From Chlamydiota bacterium (lineage in GTDB: Bacteria; Auribacterota; Tritonobacteria; UBA1439), in assembly GCA_037133055.1 (NCBI GenBank), contig JBAXOY010000023.1, positions 1 through 30,465 of the forward strand: 30,465 nucleotides of DNA, in the 5' to 3' direction. The position numbers were made by a program, and so were the translations under genes. The notes under the pieces were generated by a model that worked only from the letters and a program-made list of their open reading frames with translations, ran no database searches and had not been told where the DNA came from. Shown here piece after piece: positions 8,855-17,682 of this stretch. Every line of letters begins with the position of its first letter. Positions within the stretch are counted from its first letter, which is position 1.

Positions 8855-9625
8855 CTATTTCTCCCAATCCTCAGGATAGATAACGATATTCACAAAATTG
8901 AATACAGGCAGCGGCCCGACGTACATGAACGTCATTCTATCCGTATATTTCCTGCCCAGGTCATCCATGATATTGTCGAATTCTTTTTCCCGCCCCTTGT
9001 CCACCAAAAACGCGGCGTTCATGAACATTTTGTCCTCAGTGGTGTTGTTAAGTTTGTGCTCGAAGGCGGTTCTCCGCAGCGCGTCCACGATTTTTTCCGC
9101 CTCCTGCCGCTTCTTCCTGGCTAACGCCTGCTCGACCATCTTGCCCAGTTCCACCCGTTCCTCAATATCCCCCTTGTCCCTCGATTTCCGCAGGGTTTCC
9201 TTCAACTGCCTGATTTCCTTGCTCTTCTCTCCGATCTCTCTATAGATGCACTCCATATCCTTCCACAGCCCCTTGACGCCAAGCTCGACCTTGTGATCCA
9301 TATCCCGCAGGGCATGTTTGAATTCCCTGTATCTTCTATCGAGCATGTTGCGTATCTCATCGGCGTCCTTCGCGACGGTGCCGAATCGCACCGGGAGCAC
9401 CCCGTCGAACTCCTTCATCACCTCCTCGATCACCCTCTCGTGGGCGAGCATATTGTCGCGATTGACCACAAACCGCGTCATGGGATGGTTGCTCACCACC
9501 ATGCTGAGGTCCTCATACCCGATCGTGAGCACTTCGTCGCCCCTCCCGCCTATGCCGTTGGCTCCGAAGTTCCTCTCCTGCTTTGTCCCGATGATGCAAT
9601 AGATGTATTTGCCTTCTTTTTCCAT
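8855..9625 (-). CDS. gvpF: GvpF/GvpL family protein (paralogue 2)
   Basis: MEKEGKYIYCII, AHERVIE, VLPVRFGT, ELGVK, NAAFLV, VGPLPVFNFV. Confidence 0.93.
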   Translation of the reverse strand: MEKEGKYIYCIIGTKQERNFGANGIGGRGDEVLTIGYEDLSMVVSNHPMTRFVVNRDNMLAHERVIEEVMKEFDGVLPVRFGTVAKDADEIRNMLDRRYREFKHALRDMDHKVELGVKGLWKDMECIYREIGEKSKEIRQLKETLRKSRDKGDIEERVELGKMVEQALARKKRQEAEKIVDALRRTAFEHKLNNTTEDKMFMNAAFLVDKGREKEFDNIMDDLGRKYTDRMTFMYVGPLPVFNFVNIVIYPEDWEK

Positions 9626-9642
9626 GGTGCGCACTCCCCCGA

Positions 9643-10686
9643 TTACTCCCTGCATCTTACGAAAATGGAATTCCTTTTGATGTCGCTGTCTTTGAATGAA
9701 AGGATTTCACTGTCCCCTCCCTGCTCCGACGCCCGGGCGTACTCGTCGAGGATCTTCCACGCCCTGGTGAGATCATCAAACACCTTCTCCATATCGGTTC
9801 CATCAGGATTCGTGTCCGGATGCGATGAAAACGCTAATTTTTGGTGAATTTTTTTGAGCTCCGTCCGTGTGGCCGCGTCGCCCAGACTAAAAATCCGCCT
9901 CGCCCAATTGACCCTGTCGCTCCCCAGCTTGTTCACCTCAAGCGTGAAGAAGCTATAGGGGGGGAGCGGCCCGATGCGCCGAAAATCAAGCTTCTCATCA
10001 AACCGGGCATTGAGCTCATCCACCCTCGCATCGAATGTCTCTCGATTATCATGAGAGACGAGAAACGCGCTGTTCAGCACCATCGTGTCATCCATGAGTT
10101 CGTGCTCCCTGAACCCGCAGCTCACCCCTTTGAGCTCATGGAGAACGACGGCGGCGCACGCATTTCTCCGCTCATCCAGCAGCTTTTTTACCATAAGCCC
10201 CACCGTCATCTGATCCTGGACGGTCACCCCGTCTGAACTCGCGAGGAGCTTTGCCTTGATCGCCCTGACCTCTTTCATTTCCCCGGTCTCTTTCAGCAGC
10301 GCGTCGAAATCACTCCAGGTCACCGCAACGTCGATTTCGACCCTGTCAGCGATTTCCTTAAACACCCCCTTCGCGAGCTCATACCCACGGGCAAGAACAT
10401 CCTGCGCCTGGGTCATGCTGTCCGCATAGGTCCCCACCCTCATCGGGATAACCGAGAACCGCCGCATCACGCTCTCGATCACCTGCTGATGATGTATCAG
10501 TCGCCGCGCGACTTCACTTTTCAGCAGCGTGGCGTAGTCGCACAACTCGGAATCGCTCACCACCGCGGCGATATCCCTGTGGGGAATGGTGTACACCCGT
10601 TCCCCCCCCTCGATCCCGTGCGGATCGAAGGAAAGCTCTTCATCGGATTCAACGATTCCATAGATATATTTTCCTTCCCTCTTCAT
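9643..10686 (-). CDS. GvpF/GvpL family protein fused to a C-terminal DnaJ-type J-domain
   Basis: GvpF/L motifs GKYIYGI, HQQVIE, IPMRVGT, IGPLPPYSF, then ARRIFSL...ELKKIHQKLAFSSHPDTNP...FDDLTRAWKIL (HPD codons at 9814-9822). Confidence 0.9.
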   Translation of the reverse strand: MKREGKYIYGIVESDEELSFDPHGIEGGERVYTIPHRDIAAVVSDSELCDYATLLKSEVARRLIHHQQVIESVMRRFSVIPMRVGTYADSMTQAQDVLARGYELAKGVFKEIADRVEIDVAVTWSDFDALLKETGEMKEVRAIKAKLLASSDGVTVQDQMTVGLMVKKLLDERRNACAAVVLHELKGVSCGFREHELMDDTMVLNSAFLVSHDNRETFDARVDELNARFDEKLDFRRIGPLPPYSFFTLEVNKLGSDRVNWARRIFSLGDAATRTELKKIHQKLAFSSHPDTNPDGTDMEKVFDDLTRAWKILDEYARASEQGGDSEILSFKDSDIKRNSIFVRCRE

Positions 10687-10697
10687 GCGAGCCGTCC

Positions 10698-12839
10698 TCA
10701 AGCCTTGTGATGGGATGGCGATCGCGGATTCCGCGAGCTCTCAACCATTTTCATCGCCTCTTCAAAATGCCTCTTCTGGATGGTGGGCGAGTCCTTCCCT
10801 TTCGGCGTGCGTTCGATAAACTCCCGTATGGCAATCATCGCCGCCTTGCGGCATATAAGCTCGATATCAGACCCCGACTTGCCCTCGGTTTCCCTGGCCA
10901 TCCTCTTCAGATCAACGTCCGGGGATACGGGCTTGTTTTTGACATGGATCTTGAATATCTTTCCCCGCGCCGCCTCGTCGGGGATCGGCAGCTCAAGGAG
11001 CAGATCGAATCTGCCGCTCCTGAGCAGCGCCGGGTCAACAAGGTCCAGCCTGTTGGTCGCCGCCAGCACCATCACGCCCTTGAGCTCTTCTATCCCGTCC
11101 ATCTCGGTGAGAAACTGGCTTATCACCCGCTCCGTCACATGGGCGTCGGTGGAACTGGAACCCCGCCTGGGCACGACGCTGTCAATCTCGTCAAAGAAGA
11201 GGATGGTGGGCGACGCCTGTTTCGCCTTTTTGAAGACCTCCCGGATGCCCCGCTCGCTCTCCCCGACGTATTTTGATATGAGGGAGGGTCCCTTCACCGA
11301 GATAAAATTGACTCCGCTCTCATTTGCCACCGCCTTTGCGAGGAGGGTTTTTCCCGTCCCCGGGGGCCCGTACAGGATGATCCCCTTCGGAGGAGAGGTG
11401 TTTGTCTTCTTGAATATCTCCGAGTACTTGAGCGGCCACTCCACCGCCTCTTTCAACTCCTCCTTGATAGAATCCAACCCCCCCACATCCTCCCAGGTGA
11501 CATCCGGCACCTCCACAAAAACCTCTCTGATCGCGGATGGTTCGACCTCCTTCATCGCTTCCAGAAAATCATCCATCGTCACCTCAAGCTTCATGAGCGT
11601 CTCGTAGGGGATATCGGCCATCTCAAAGTCTATCTTCGGGAGAATCTTCCGCAATGCCGACATCGCTGCTTCCCGCGCAAGCGCCTCGAGATCGGCGCCC
11701 ACGAAACCGTGGGTGATCTCCGCGAGTTTCCCCACGCTCACGTCCTGCGCCAGGGGCATGCCCCTCGTGTGGATATGAAGTATTTCAAGCCTGCCGTTTT
11801 TGTCCGGGATGGGAATGGCTATCTCCCGGTCGAAGCGCCCGGGCCGCCTCAGCGCCGGATCCACTATGTTGGGGACGTTGGTCGCGGCCATGACGACCAC
11901 GTGCCCCCGTGACTCCAATCCGTCCATGAGCGCCAGGAGCTGGGCCACCACCCGTCGCTCAACCTGTTTCTCGGCCCCCATGTCTTCCCTCTTGGGAGCG
12001 ATTGATTCAATCTCATCGATGAATATGATCGCGGGGGCATGCGCCCTGGCCTCCTCAAAGAGGGACCGAATGCGGCCTTCCGATTCGCCGTAAAACTTCC
12101 CCATGCACTCGGGCCCGCTCATGCTGGTAAAGTACGCGTCCGTTTCGTGCGCCACCGCGCGCGCGATCAATGTCTTTCCGCACCCCGGCGGCCCGTGAAG
12201 GAATACGCCCTTGGGGGCGTCAATGCCGAGCCGCTCGAACACCTCGGGATAGCGCAGCGGCAGCTCCACCATCTCCCTGATACGCTGGACCTGCGTGCCG
12301 AGGCCGCCGATATCCTCGTACGAGACCTTCGCGGGCCCCTTCTCCGGCGCCTCCTTGGTCTTGATCCGTATCACCGTGGCGGTGCTCAACACCACCACGC
12401 CATCGGGGCTCGTATCGAGCACCTTGAAATCACACGACCGCGTGCCGAAAAGCACCGCCCGTATCCGGTCGCCCACCATCACCGGAAGCCCGTCAATGAG
12501 CGAGCCGATGTACTTGCTGTCCTTCTCCCGGTCCGCCAAGCCCGACATGGTCAGGGGGGAAAGCGTCACGCTCCGCGCGGGTTTCGATTCCACTTTGTGA
12601 ATCTTCACCCGGTCATCAAGCCCCACCTGCGCGTTCTCGCGCAGTATCCCGTCCATCTGGATGATCTTCATGCCGCGATCCGGGGCGTAGCACGGCATCG
12701 TCTTCGCGGGGGTCTTCCGCTTCCCTTCAACCTCAATGATCTCCCCCACCTCGACGCCGAGCTTCTTCATGTCATCGGGATCTATTCTCGCGATAGACCT
12801 CCCGACATCCTTGGATAACGCCTCTTTTACTTTTAGCAT
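10698..12839 (-). CDS. cdc48: Cdc48/VCP/p97-family AAA+ ATPase (N domain + D1 + D2)
   Basis: N domain [11 protein letters not shown]1: [34 protein letters not shown]2: [41 protein letters not shown] before the ATG at 12839. Confidence 0.95.
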   Translation of the reverse strand: MLKVKEALSKDVGRSIARIDPDDMKKLGVEVGEIIEVEGKRKTPAKTMPCYAPDRGMKIIQMDGILRENAQVGLDDRVKIHKVESKPARSVTLSPLTMSGLADREKDSKYIGSLIDGLPVMVGDRIRAVLFGTRSCDFKVLDTSPDGVVVLSTATVIRIKTKEAPEKGPAKVSYEDIGGLGTQVQRIREMVELPLRYPEVFERLGIDAPKGVFLHGPPGCGKTLIARAVAHETDAYFTSMSGPECMGKFYGESEGRIRSLFEEARAHAPAIIFIDEIESIAPKREDMGAEKQVERRVVAQLLALMDGLESRGHVVVMAATNVPNIVDPALRRPGRFDREIAIPIPDKNGRLEILHIHTRGMPLAQDVSVGKLAEITHGFVGADLEALAREAAMSALRKILPKIDFEMADIPYETLMKLEVTMDDFLEAMKEVEPSAIREVFVEVPDVTWEDVGGLDSIKEELKEAVEWPLKYSEIFKKTNTSPPKGIILYGPPGTGKTLLAKAVANESGVNFISVKGPSLISKYVGESERGIREVFKKAKQASPTILFFDEIDSVVPRRGSSSTDAHVTERVISQFLTEMDGIEELKGVMVLAATNRLDLVDPALLRSGRFDLLLELPIPDEAARGKIFKIHVKNKPVSPDVDLKRMARETEGKSGSDIELICRKAAMIAIREFIERTPKGKDSPTIQKRHFEEAMKMVESSRNPRSPSHHKA

Positions 12840-12942
12840 CGGATAACCTCCGCGTATCCTGCCCCCATCCCCTGTCTTTTCCCAATCGCCCCCGAAAAAA
12901 TCGCCTCCGCCCTCGCCCCTGCCTGTCGTCGCGCAGGCTTCT

Positions 12943-13881
12943 CTACGCTCCACAAAGCGAATGCCCGAACCTGATCAGGGACTCGCCCCCCCTCACCTCC
13001 CCGGGTTGCAACGGCATCATGACAATCTCGAATTTCCCGAACTTTTCCTTTATCATTTTGATGTATTTTTCCTGCCCCTTCCTCCGCTCCCTGCAGAAAT
13101 CGCAGTCGCTCGACCTCACCACGTTATTGACCACCATCTGCGTTACGTTGATTCCCGCCGCGCGGAGGCTGTTCACCAGCCGTTCGGTTTCCGCGATCGC
13201 CATCTCCTCCGGAATGGTCACCACGATGAATTCGCAGCGCCGCCCGTCGTGGAGCAGGCCCTCGATCCGCTTTACCACCTTCTTCATTTCGACGAGGAAC
13301 TCGTCGGCCTTGTCCGGCTTCGCCCGCCCTGCAAAGGCATCCACCACGCGATGATATTTCCACCGCATCTTCGCGGCCACCTTGATCCAGTCGTCGAGGA
13401 TGCCGGGCAGCGTGAGCAACCTCAATGCGTGCCCGGTGGGCGCGGTGTCGACGATATACTTGTCGAATTTTCCCTCCTCCACGAGGTCGAGGATCGTCTT
13501 GAACCCCATCACCTCGTCGATGCCCGGGATGGAGAGCGCAAAGACGGAATCGATGTCGGCATTGTCAAGATAGGTCGAGCTGTCGAGAATCCATCGTATC
13601 TCATCTCCGTACTTTGCCTTGAACTGGCGGAGCGCCTTGTCCGCGCTTACTTCAATTGCGCTCAGGTTCCGCACGCCTTCAATCCCGGTTACGGCATCCC
13701 CGATGCGCTGGCCGAAACAGTCCGAAAGGGAATGGGCGGGATCGGTGGAAATGAGCAGGGTTTTATAGCGCCCGGCCAAATAAAAACCTGTGCTGGATGC
13801 ACAGGTCGTTTTTCCCACCCCGCCCTTTCCTCCGAATAAGATCAGTTTCAGCGCGTCATTATTCAATCCCGTGAGTGACAT
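12943..13881 (-). CDS. ArsA/GET3-family ATPase, single domain
   Basis: Deviant Walker [10 protein letters not shown], switch [14 protein letters not shown], switch II DTAPTGH, VVNN and a CDFC (CxxC) motif. Confidence 0.93.
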   Translation of the reverse strand: MSLTGLNNDALKLILFGGKGGVGKTTCASSTGFYLAGRYKTLLISTDPAHSLSDCFGQRIGDAVTGIEGVRNLSAIEVSADKALRQFKAKYGDEIRWILDSSTYLDNADIDSVFALSIPGIDEVMGFKTILDLVEEGKFDKYIVDTAPTGHALRLLTLPGILDDWIKVAAKMRWKYHRVVDAFAGRAKPDKADEFLVEMKKVVKRIEGLLHDGRRCEFIVVTIPEEMAIAETERLVNSLRAAGINVTQMVVNNVVRSSDCDFCRERRKGQEKYIKMIKEKFGKFEIVMMPLQPGEVRGGESLIRFGHSLCGA

Positions 13882-14447
13882 TTCATCACTTTAATTTCCA
13901 GCATGCCGTTATTGTATTTTGAGCGAAGCGTGTCCGCGTTGACCTTTGCCGTGAGCAGGATCTCCTTGCGGTATTTCCTCTCGCCGGATTTGGCTGAAAT
14001 ATCCAGGATATCCCCTTTCAAATCAATCTTGATATCCTTTTCATTCACCCCCGGCATTTCAGCGTACACCCGGATCTCTTCCTTTTCGTCGAACACGTCG
14101 GCGATCGGTTCCCGCTCCTCCTCGACCCTCGGCCCCTGGGGAGTTTTTTTGATCTTGTGGCCGAACGGCTCGACAGAAACCGGCTTGCCGCCGAGGGCGG
14201 TTTTTACAGAGAAACCAAAAACCCCTTTCATCCCCTCCTTCAGGTGGCTCAGGTCAATCTCGCCCTCTTTTCGTATTTCGCCCCCCCCCTCTTTCAGGGA
14301 TTCCGCCAGGTCCACCAATTTTTCAAGCCCTTTGAACAACCCCCCCAGGCTGAATTGCCCCATGCCGATGTCGAAATCCGCCCCTTCCTTCTCCTTCTTT
14401 CCGCCATAGGCGGATCCGCCCCCGATGGGCTTCTTTCCCTTTATCAT
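13863..14447 (-). CDS. Hsp20/alpha-crystallin protein (GvpH-like)
   Basis: EEEREPIADVFDE...AEMPGV..DIK...YNNGMLEI alpha-crystallin domain. Confidence 0.9.
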   Translation of the reverse strand: MIKGKKPIGGGSAYGGKKEKEGADFDIGMGQFSLGGLFKGLEKLVDLAESLKEGGGEIRKEGEIDLSHLKEGMKGVFGFSVKTALGGKPVSVEPFGHKIKKTPQGPRVEEEREPIADVFDEKEEIRVYAEMPGVNEKDIKIDLKGDILDISAKSGERKYRKEILLTAKVNADTLRSKYNNGMLEIKVMKCHSRD

Positions 14448-14503
14448 GGCTCTCTCCTCTCTGTCCCCGGTCCAGCCTCAGTGTGTGACCCCGCCGATGG
14501 CGC

Positions 14504-14815
14504 TCAATAGTCCAGCGACATCTTCTTCAGTTGCGATTCCGGACGGCTCCTCGCCCCTCTTTCGCCCTTCTTTCTGCTCGCCGCATCATTTTTTTCCAGC
14601 CGTTCGAGTTTTTTTGCGATGTCATCGAGCTTATCCTTATCCTCCCGCACCTTCTTGTCGAATATGAAGATCTCCTTTTCCAGTCGTTCCTTTTCCTTGC
14701 GGAGAACGAACATATCAAGGTAAATGGAACTCTCCTTCCTCGGGATCCCCTTTCTCGCGCCGCCGCCCAGTGTCCTGATACCCCTCATCCCCCTGATCTC
14801 TGTCAGCCCCTTCAT
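14504..14815 (-). CDS. Basic coiled-coil protein, possibly GvpV-like
   Basis: GGAGGAG RBS; YLDMFVLRKEKERLEKE coiled coil; sits between gvpJ and Hsp20. Family call is tentative. Confidence 0.65.
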   Translation of the reverse strand: MKGLTEIRGMRGIRTLGGGARKGIPRKESSIYLDMFVLRKEKERLEKEIFIFDKKVREDKDKLDDIAKKLERLEKNDAASRKKGERGARSRPESQLKKMSLDY

Positions 14816-14831
14816 GATACTCTCCTCCGGT

Positions 14832-15128
14832 TCACTTTATCTTCGCTTCCAGGCGCTCGATCCTCTTCTTTAAAACCTCATTCTCTTTCTTGAACTCCTT
14901 TTCCCTCGCCTTCGTGGAAAGGTATGCGTCCTGCTGCCACCAGTTGATCCCCATGGCCATTGCCCTGTCAACGGAAGCGATCAAAAGCCGTATCTTGATA
15001 TTGAGAAGGTCTATGTCGGCTATCTGTATTTTTATATCCCCGGCTATTACAATACCCTTGTCCAGCACCCTCTCAAGAATATCTGCAAGATTCGTAGCTT
15101 GAATAGAATGTGTCATCTGCTCTGTCAT
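14832..15128 (-). CDS. gvpJ: Gas vesicle protein J
   Basis: LADILERVLDKGIVIAGDIKIQIADIDLLNIKIRLLIASVDRA..MGINWWQQDAYL; AGAGGTG RBS before the ATG at 15128. Confidence 0.92.
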   Translation of the reverse strand: MTEQMTHSIQATNLADILERVLDKGIVIAGDIKIQIADIDLLNIKIRLLIASVDRAMAMGINWWQQDAYLSTKAREKEFKKENEVLKKRIERLEAKIK

Positions 15129-15148
15129 GATCGGCACCTCTTATTTTA

Positions 15149-15181
15149 GAATCCCCCCCCCGTCTTTTTTTAAGGGGGGAT
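15149..15181. repeat. C/G-tract hairpin repeat (short copy 3)
   Basis: GAAT-C9-GTC-T7-AA-G6-AT between gvpN and gvpJ. Confidence 0.65.
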
Positions 15182-15203
15182 GTGCCGGAGCTGAAACTCC
15201 GGA

Positions 15204-16157
15204 TCAATCCCCTTTACTCACGCCATCGGGCGATTTCTTATTTACACTGCATTTCTGCACAAGCTCCGCGACCACCTCCCGCACCCTCTCCTGATTGGTC
15301 CTCGACCCGACCCTGCTGGTTTCCGATGCCAGTATGTCCTGGCACATCTGCAGGAAGGTGCCGTTCGCATTTGACGGCGCAAGCCCGGACGTCGCGAGGG
15401 TCTTCGCTATCATGATACAACCCCGGACTGTCGGAGCGAACTCGCACTTCCCGGATTCCCTGAGTCCCCGCACTATATTTACTATGACCTCCACCTGTTT
15501 TCTCGGCAGTTTTGACTTCGCCCTCGTGATGGCCGTCTCCGTCTCATAGTCGAAGTGGCCCAAATCCATCGTTATCATCCTGTCTCTTAATGCGTCCTGG
15601 CTCCGGTGCGTGCCGGCATACTCTTCGGGATTGGAGGTAAAGAGAGCGACGAAATTCGGATCCACCTTCAGATAGGGCTCCTCTCCTCCTCTTCCCACCG
15701 GCAGATCCATCATCTTCTCCTGCAGGATGGACAGGAGGATATTATTGGCCTCCGGACGGGAGCGGGTGAACTCATCGTATATCAAGGTGAACCCGTATTT
15801 GCAGGCGACCGTGAGCCTGTTGTCAACCCAGTGTTTCACCATGTCTTCTTCCATCTTCATGACCCTGGACACAAAACGGTCAACCACCTTTCTGAATTTG
15901 TACCCGTACTCCCCTCCCACGAGATCGGAAGTGGTAAACTCCTCATCTCCATGAACCAGGACGAGCGGCCTCCCTATCTTACCGGCCACATGCATCGCAA
16001 GGGTGGTCTTTCCTGTCCCGGAGGCCCCCCTGAAGTGAACCGGGAACCCGGCTTTTATATAGGATAACGCCCTGTTGGTGACATCCTTGATATACGCCGT
16101 TTCAACGAAGTCCGGCAGCGGATTGGGCTCTAACACCGTGGTCATCTCTTCTATCAT
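15204..16157 (-). CDS. gvpN: Gas vesicle AAA+ ATPase GvpN
   Basis: PVHFRGASGTGKTTLA, WVDNRLTVAC..GFTLIYDEFTRSRPEANN, FTSNPEEYAG, QDALRDR. Confidence 0.96.
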   Translation of the reverse strand: MIEEMTTVLEPNPLPDFVETAYIKDVTNRALSYIKAGFPVHFRGASGTGKTTLAMHVAGKIGRPLVLVHGDEEFTTSDLVGGEYGYKFRKVVDRFVSRVMKMEEDMVKHWVDNRLTVACKYGFTLIYDEFTRSRPEANNILLSILQEKMMDLPVGRGGEEPYLKVDPNFVALFTSNPEEYAGTHRSQDALRDRMITMDLGHFDYETETAITRAKSKLPRKQVEVIVNIVRGLRESGKCEFAPTVRGCIMIAKTLATSGLAPSNANGTFLQMCQDILASETSRVGSRTNQERVREVVAELVQKCSVNKKSPDGVSKGD

Positions 16158-16164
16158 TTCCCTA

Positions 16165-16410
16165 TCACTCCTTTCTTTTCTTCCTCATCTCTTCCAATCG
16201 CTCGATCGCCTCGCTCCACAATTTCCCCGCCTCATCCAAATCCGCCATGATCACCTTTGCTTTTGATTCGGATTCATTCCTCAGGGCGCTATAGTCGGCG
16301 GTCAATTTCTTTCTGAGGCGCGCACGGTCAGCCATCAGCCTATGCCCCATTTCCTCATGGGCCGACCGGAGGCTTTCTATGAGGCCCCTCCCCTCCTCGC
16401 GGCTTTTCAC
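16165..16410 (-). CDS. Small helical hypothetical protein (81 aa), possibly GvpC-related
   Basis: GAGG RBS and GTG start; ends 7 nt before gvpN. LRSAHEEM and DLDEAGKLW resemble parts of 16921-17571. Confidence 0.65.
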   Translation of the reverse strand: MKSREEGRGLIESLRSAHEEMGHRLMADRARLRKKLTADYSALRNESESKAKVIMADLDEAGKLWSEAIERLEEMRKKRKE

Positions 16411-16449
16411 GATATCCTCACATAGTTATTCCATTCAATCAATAGCCCG

Positions 16450-16785
16450 TTACCGTTTTCTTACCACCCCTTTGCCCCCGCACGGCGGACAGGGAAGACC
16501 GCTGTCTACCGACCGGCCGCTGCCCTTGCAGCCCGGGCAGGTCGACGTGCTCCCCCGCACGGCGACCTTCCCCCTCCCCCCGCACACAGAGCAGGTGATT
16601 CTTGCGCCGCGAGGAAAAATCCCGGTCCCCTTGCAAAAGGCGCACCGTACCGCAGGGCTGCCGACGCTTACCGTGCCCCCCCCGCCGCACACCTGGCACG
16701 TGGCGAGCGCTGATAAAAGGTTGAACGGATCCCTCCCCCGCCCCCCGCAATACACGCACGCTATCTTTCTGGTCGCAGTGGTCAT
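16450..16785 (-). CDS. Stand-alone DnaJ-type zinc-finger protein with six CxxCxGxG motifs
   Basis: CVYCGGRG, CQVCGGGG, CAFCKGTG, CSVCGGRG, CPGCKGSG, CPPCGGKG. Confidence 0.88.
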   Translation of the reverse strand: MTTATRKIACVYCGGRGRDPFNLLSALATCQVCGGGGTVSVGSPAVRCAFCKGTGIFPRGARITCSVCGGRGKVAVRGSTSTCPGCKGSGRSVDSGLPCPPCGGKGVVRKR

Positions 16786-16825
16786 TTCAAAGTTCCCGAC
16801 AACGCCTCGGTTCCCGCAGAATAAA

Positions 16826-16861
16826 CCCCCCCTGCCCCCCGAAAAAGGGGGGGTAGGGGGG
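16826..16861. repeat. C/G-tract hairpin repeat (copy 4)
   Basis: CCCCCCCTGCCCCCCGAAAAAGGGGGGGTAGGGGGG. Confidence 0.7.
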
Positions 16862-16920
16862 CCTGCCCCACCACCCCTGCCTGCCGGTCATTCAGACAGG
16901 CTTCCCTGTCAGGGGTGAGT

Positions 16921-17571
16921 TTATCCTCTCTTCCTCGGTCTTCCTCTTTTCTTTTTCGGCTTCGCGACAGCCTGCGCAACGGTTTTTGTCTCCGCCCTTC
17001 CGCTCACCTCAAGAGGTCTCTTGCCCGCTCTCGTTCTGGCCATCGTGGATGACATGGAGCGCCAGGCGCCGGCCATTTTCCCTTTTTCGGATTCAAAACC
17101 GCTCATCAGGTCCGCCGCATTGGCAATAATCCCTTTCACCTCCTTGACAAGGGCATCCACAAACCTGGCAAGATCCTTCCTTTGTTCCTTGCTCATCTGG
17201 GAGTGGGCGTCGGAAAACTCTTTCAACTTGTTTTTGACGTCCGTCTCGATGGCTTTGACGTGCGTCTCGATAGCCTTCGTGTTCTTCTCGAGGCTTGCCC
17301 TGAGGTCGTCGGCCATTCCCTTGTGATCTTTCTGAAACCCGCCAAGGAGGTTTCCGACGCTCTTGGTCAGATCCCCCACGAAGCCCCCAAGAAATTGAGC
17401 CTGTCCCGCGCTCATCTTCTTCCTGTCGGACGCAAAACCCCTTACCGTTTTCCGGGCGTTGCCCAGGGTGTCGTGCACGTCACTGACAATCTGTCCCAGT
17501 GCCTTCACCCTCACTCCGTGAGAAGATATGATATTATCAGCTATGCCTTTCATCTCATCGGCAATTCCCAT
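16921..17571 (-). CDS. gvpC: GvpC-like helical repeat protein (33/40/40-aa repeats, basic tail)
   Basis: Repeats start VRGFASDRKKM, LGGFQKDHKGM, LKEFSDAHSQM and MSGFESEKGKM, spaced 33, 40 and 40 aa; position between gvpA and gvpN. Confidence 0.7.
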   Translation of the reverse strand: MGIADEMKGIADNIISSHGVRVKALGQIVSDVHDTLGNARKTVRGFASDRKKMSAGQAQFLGGFVGDLTKSVGNLLGGFQKDHKGMADDLRASLEKNTKAIETHVKAIETDVKNKLKEFSDAHSQMSKEQRKDLARFVDALVKEVKGIIANAADLMSGFESEKGKMAGAWRSMSSTMARTRAGKRPLEVSGRAETKTVAQAVAKPKKKRGRPRKRG

Positions 17572-17682
17572 GTTCTCCCCCTCTCTTTTTGAATCCGCCC
17601 CACCCCATTGGCGAGGCGCTGTTTCACCACGCGCACCCCTGTAGAGGTCCGGCGCTGCAGTATGTAATCCCCGTCACACGGC

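Noticed and set aside
12840..12953. N-terminal extensions given by the ORF track (Cdc48, kinase 4776, gvpL/F 6357, GvpJ/S-like 6709, gvpO 7732)
   Set aside because: Downstream ATGs coincide with the start of family homology and mostly have better RBSs; the extensions are low-complexity or overlap other genes.
12943..13881. Arsenic resistance operon
   Set aside because: No arsB/acr3, arsC, arsD or arsR; single-domain ATPase embedded among gvp genes.
10698..14447. Archaeal origin of the contig, suggested by Cdc48 and the Hsp20 type
   Set aside because: The sigma54 activator and promoter and the ComEA-like gene indicate a bacterium. Transfer of individual genes remains possible.
16782..16979. 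65-aa minus-strand ORF between the GvpC-like gene and the zinc finger
   Set aside because: Overlaps the upstream gene out of frame and is largely encoded by palindromic repeat DNA.
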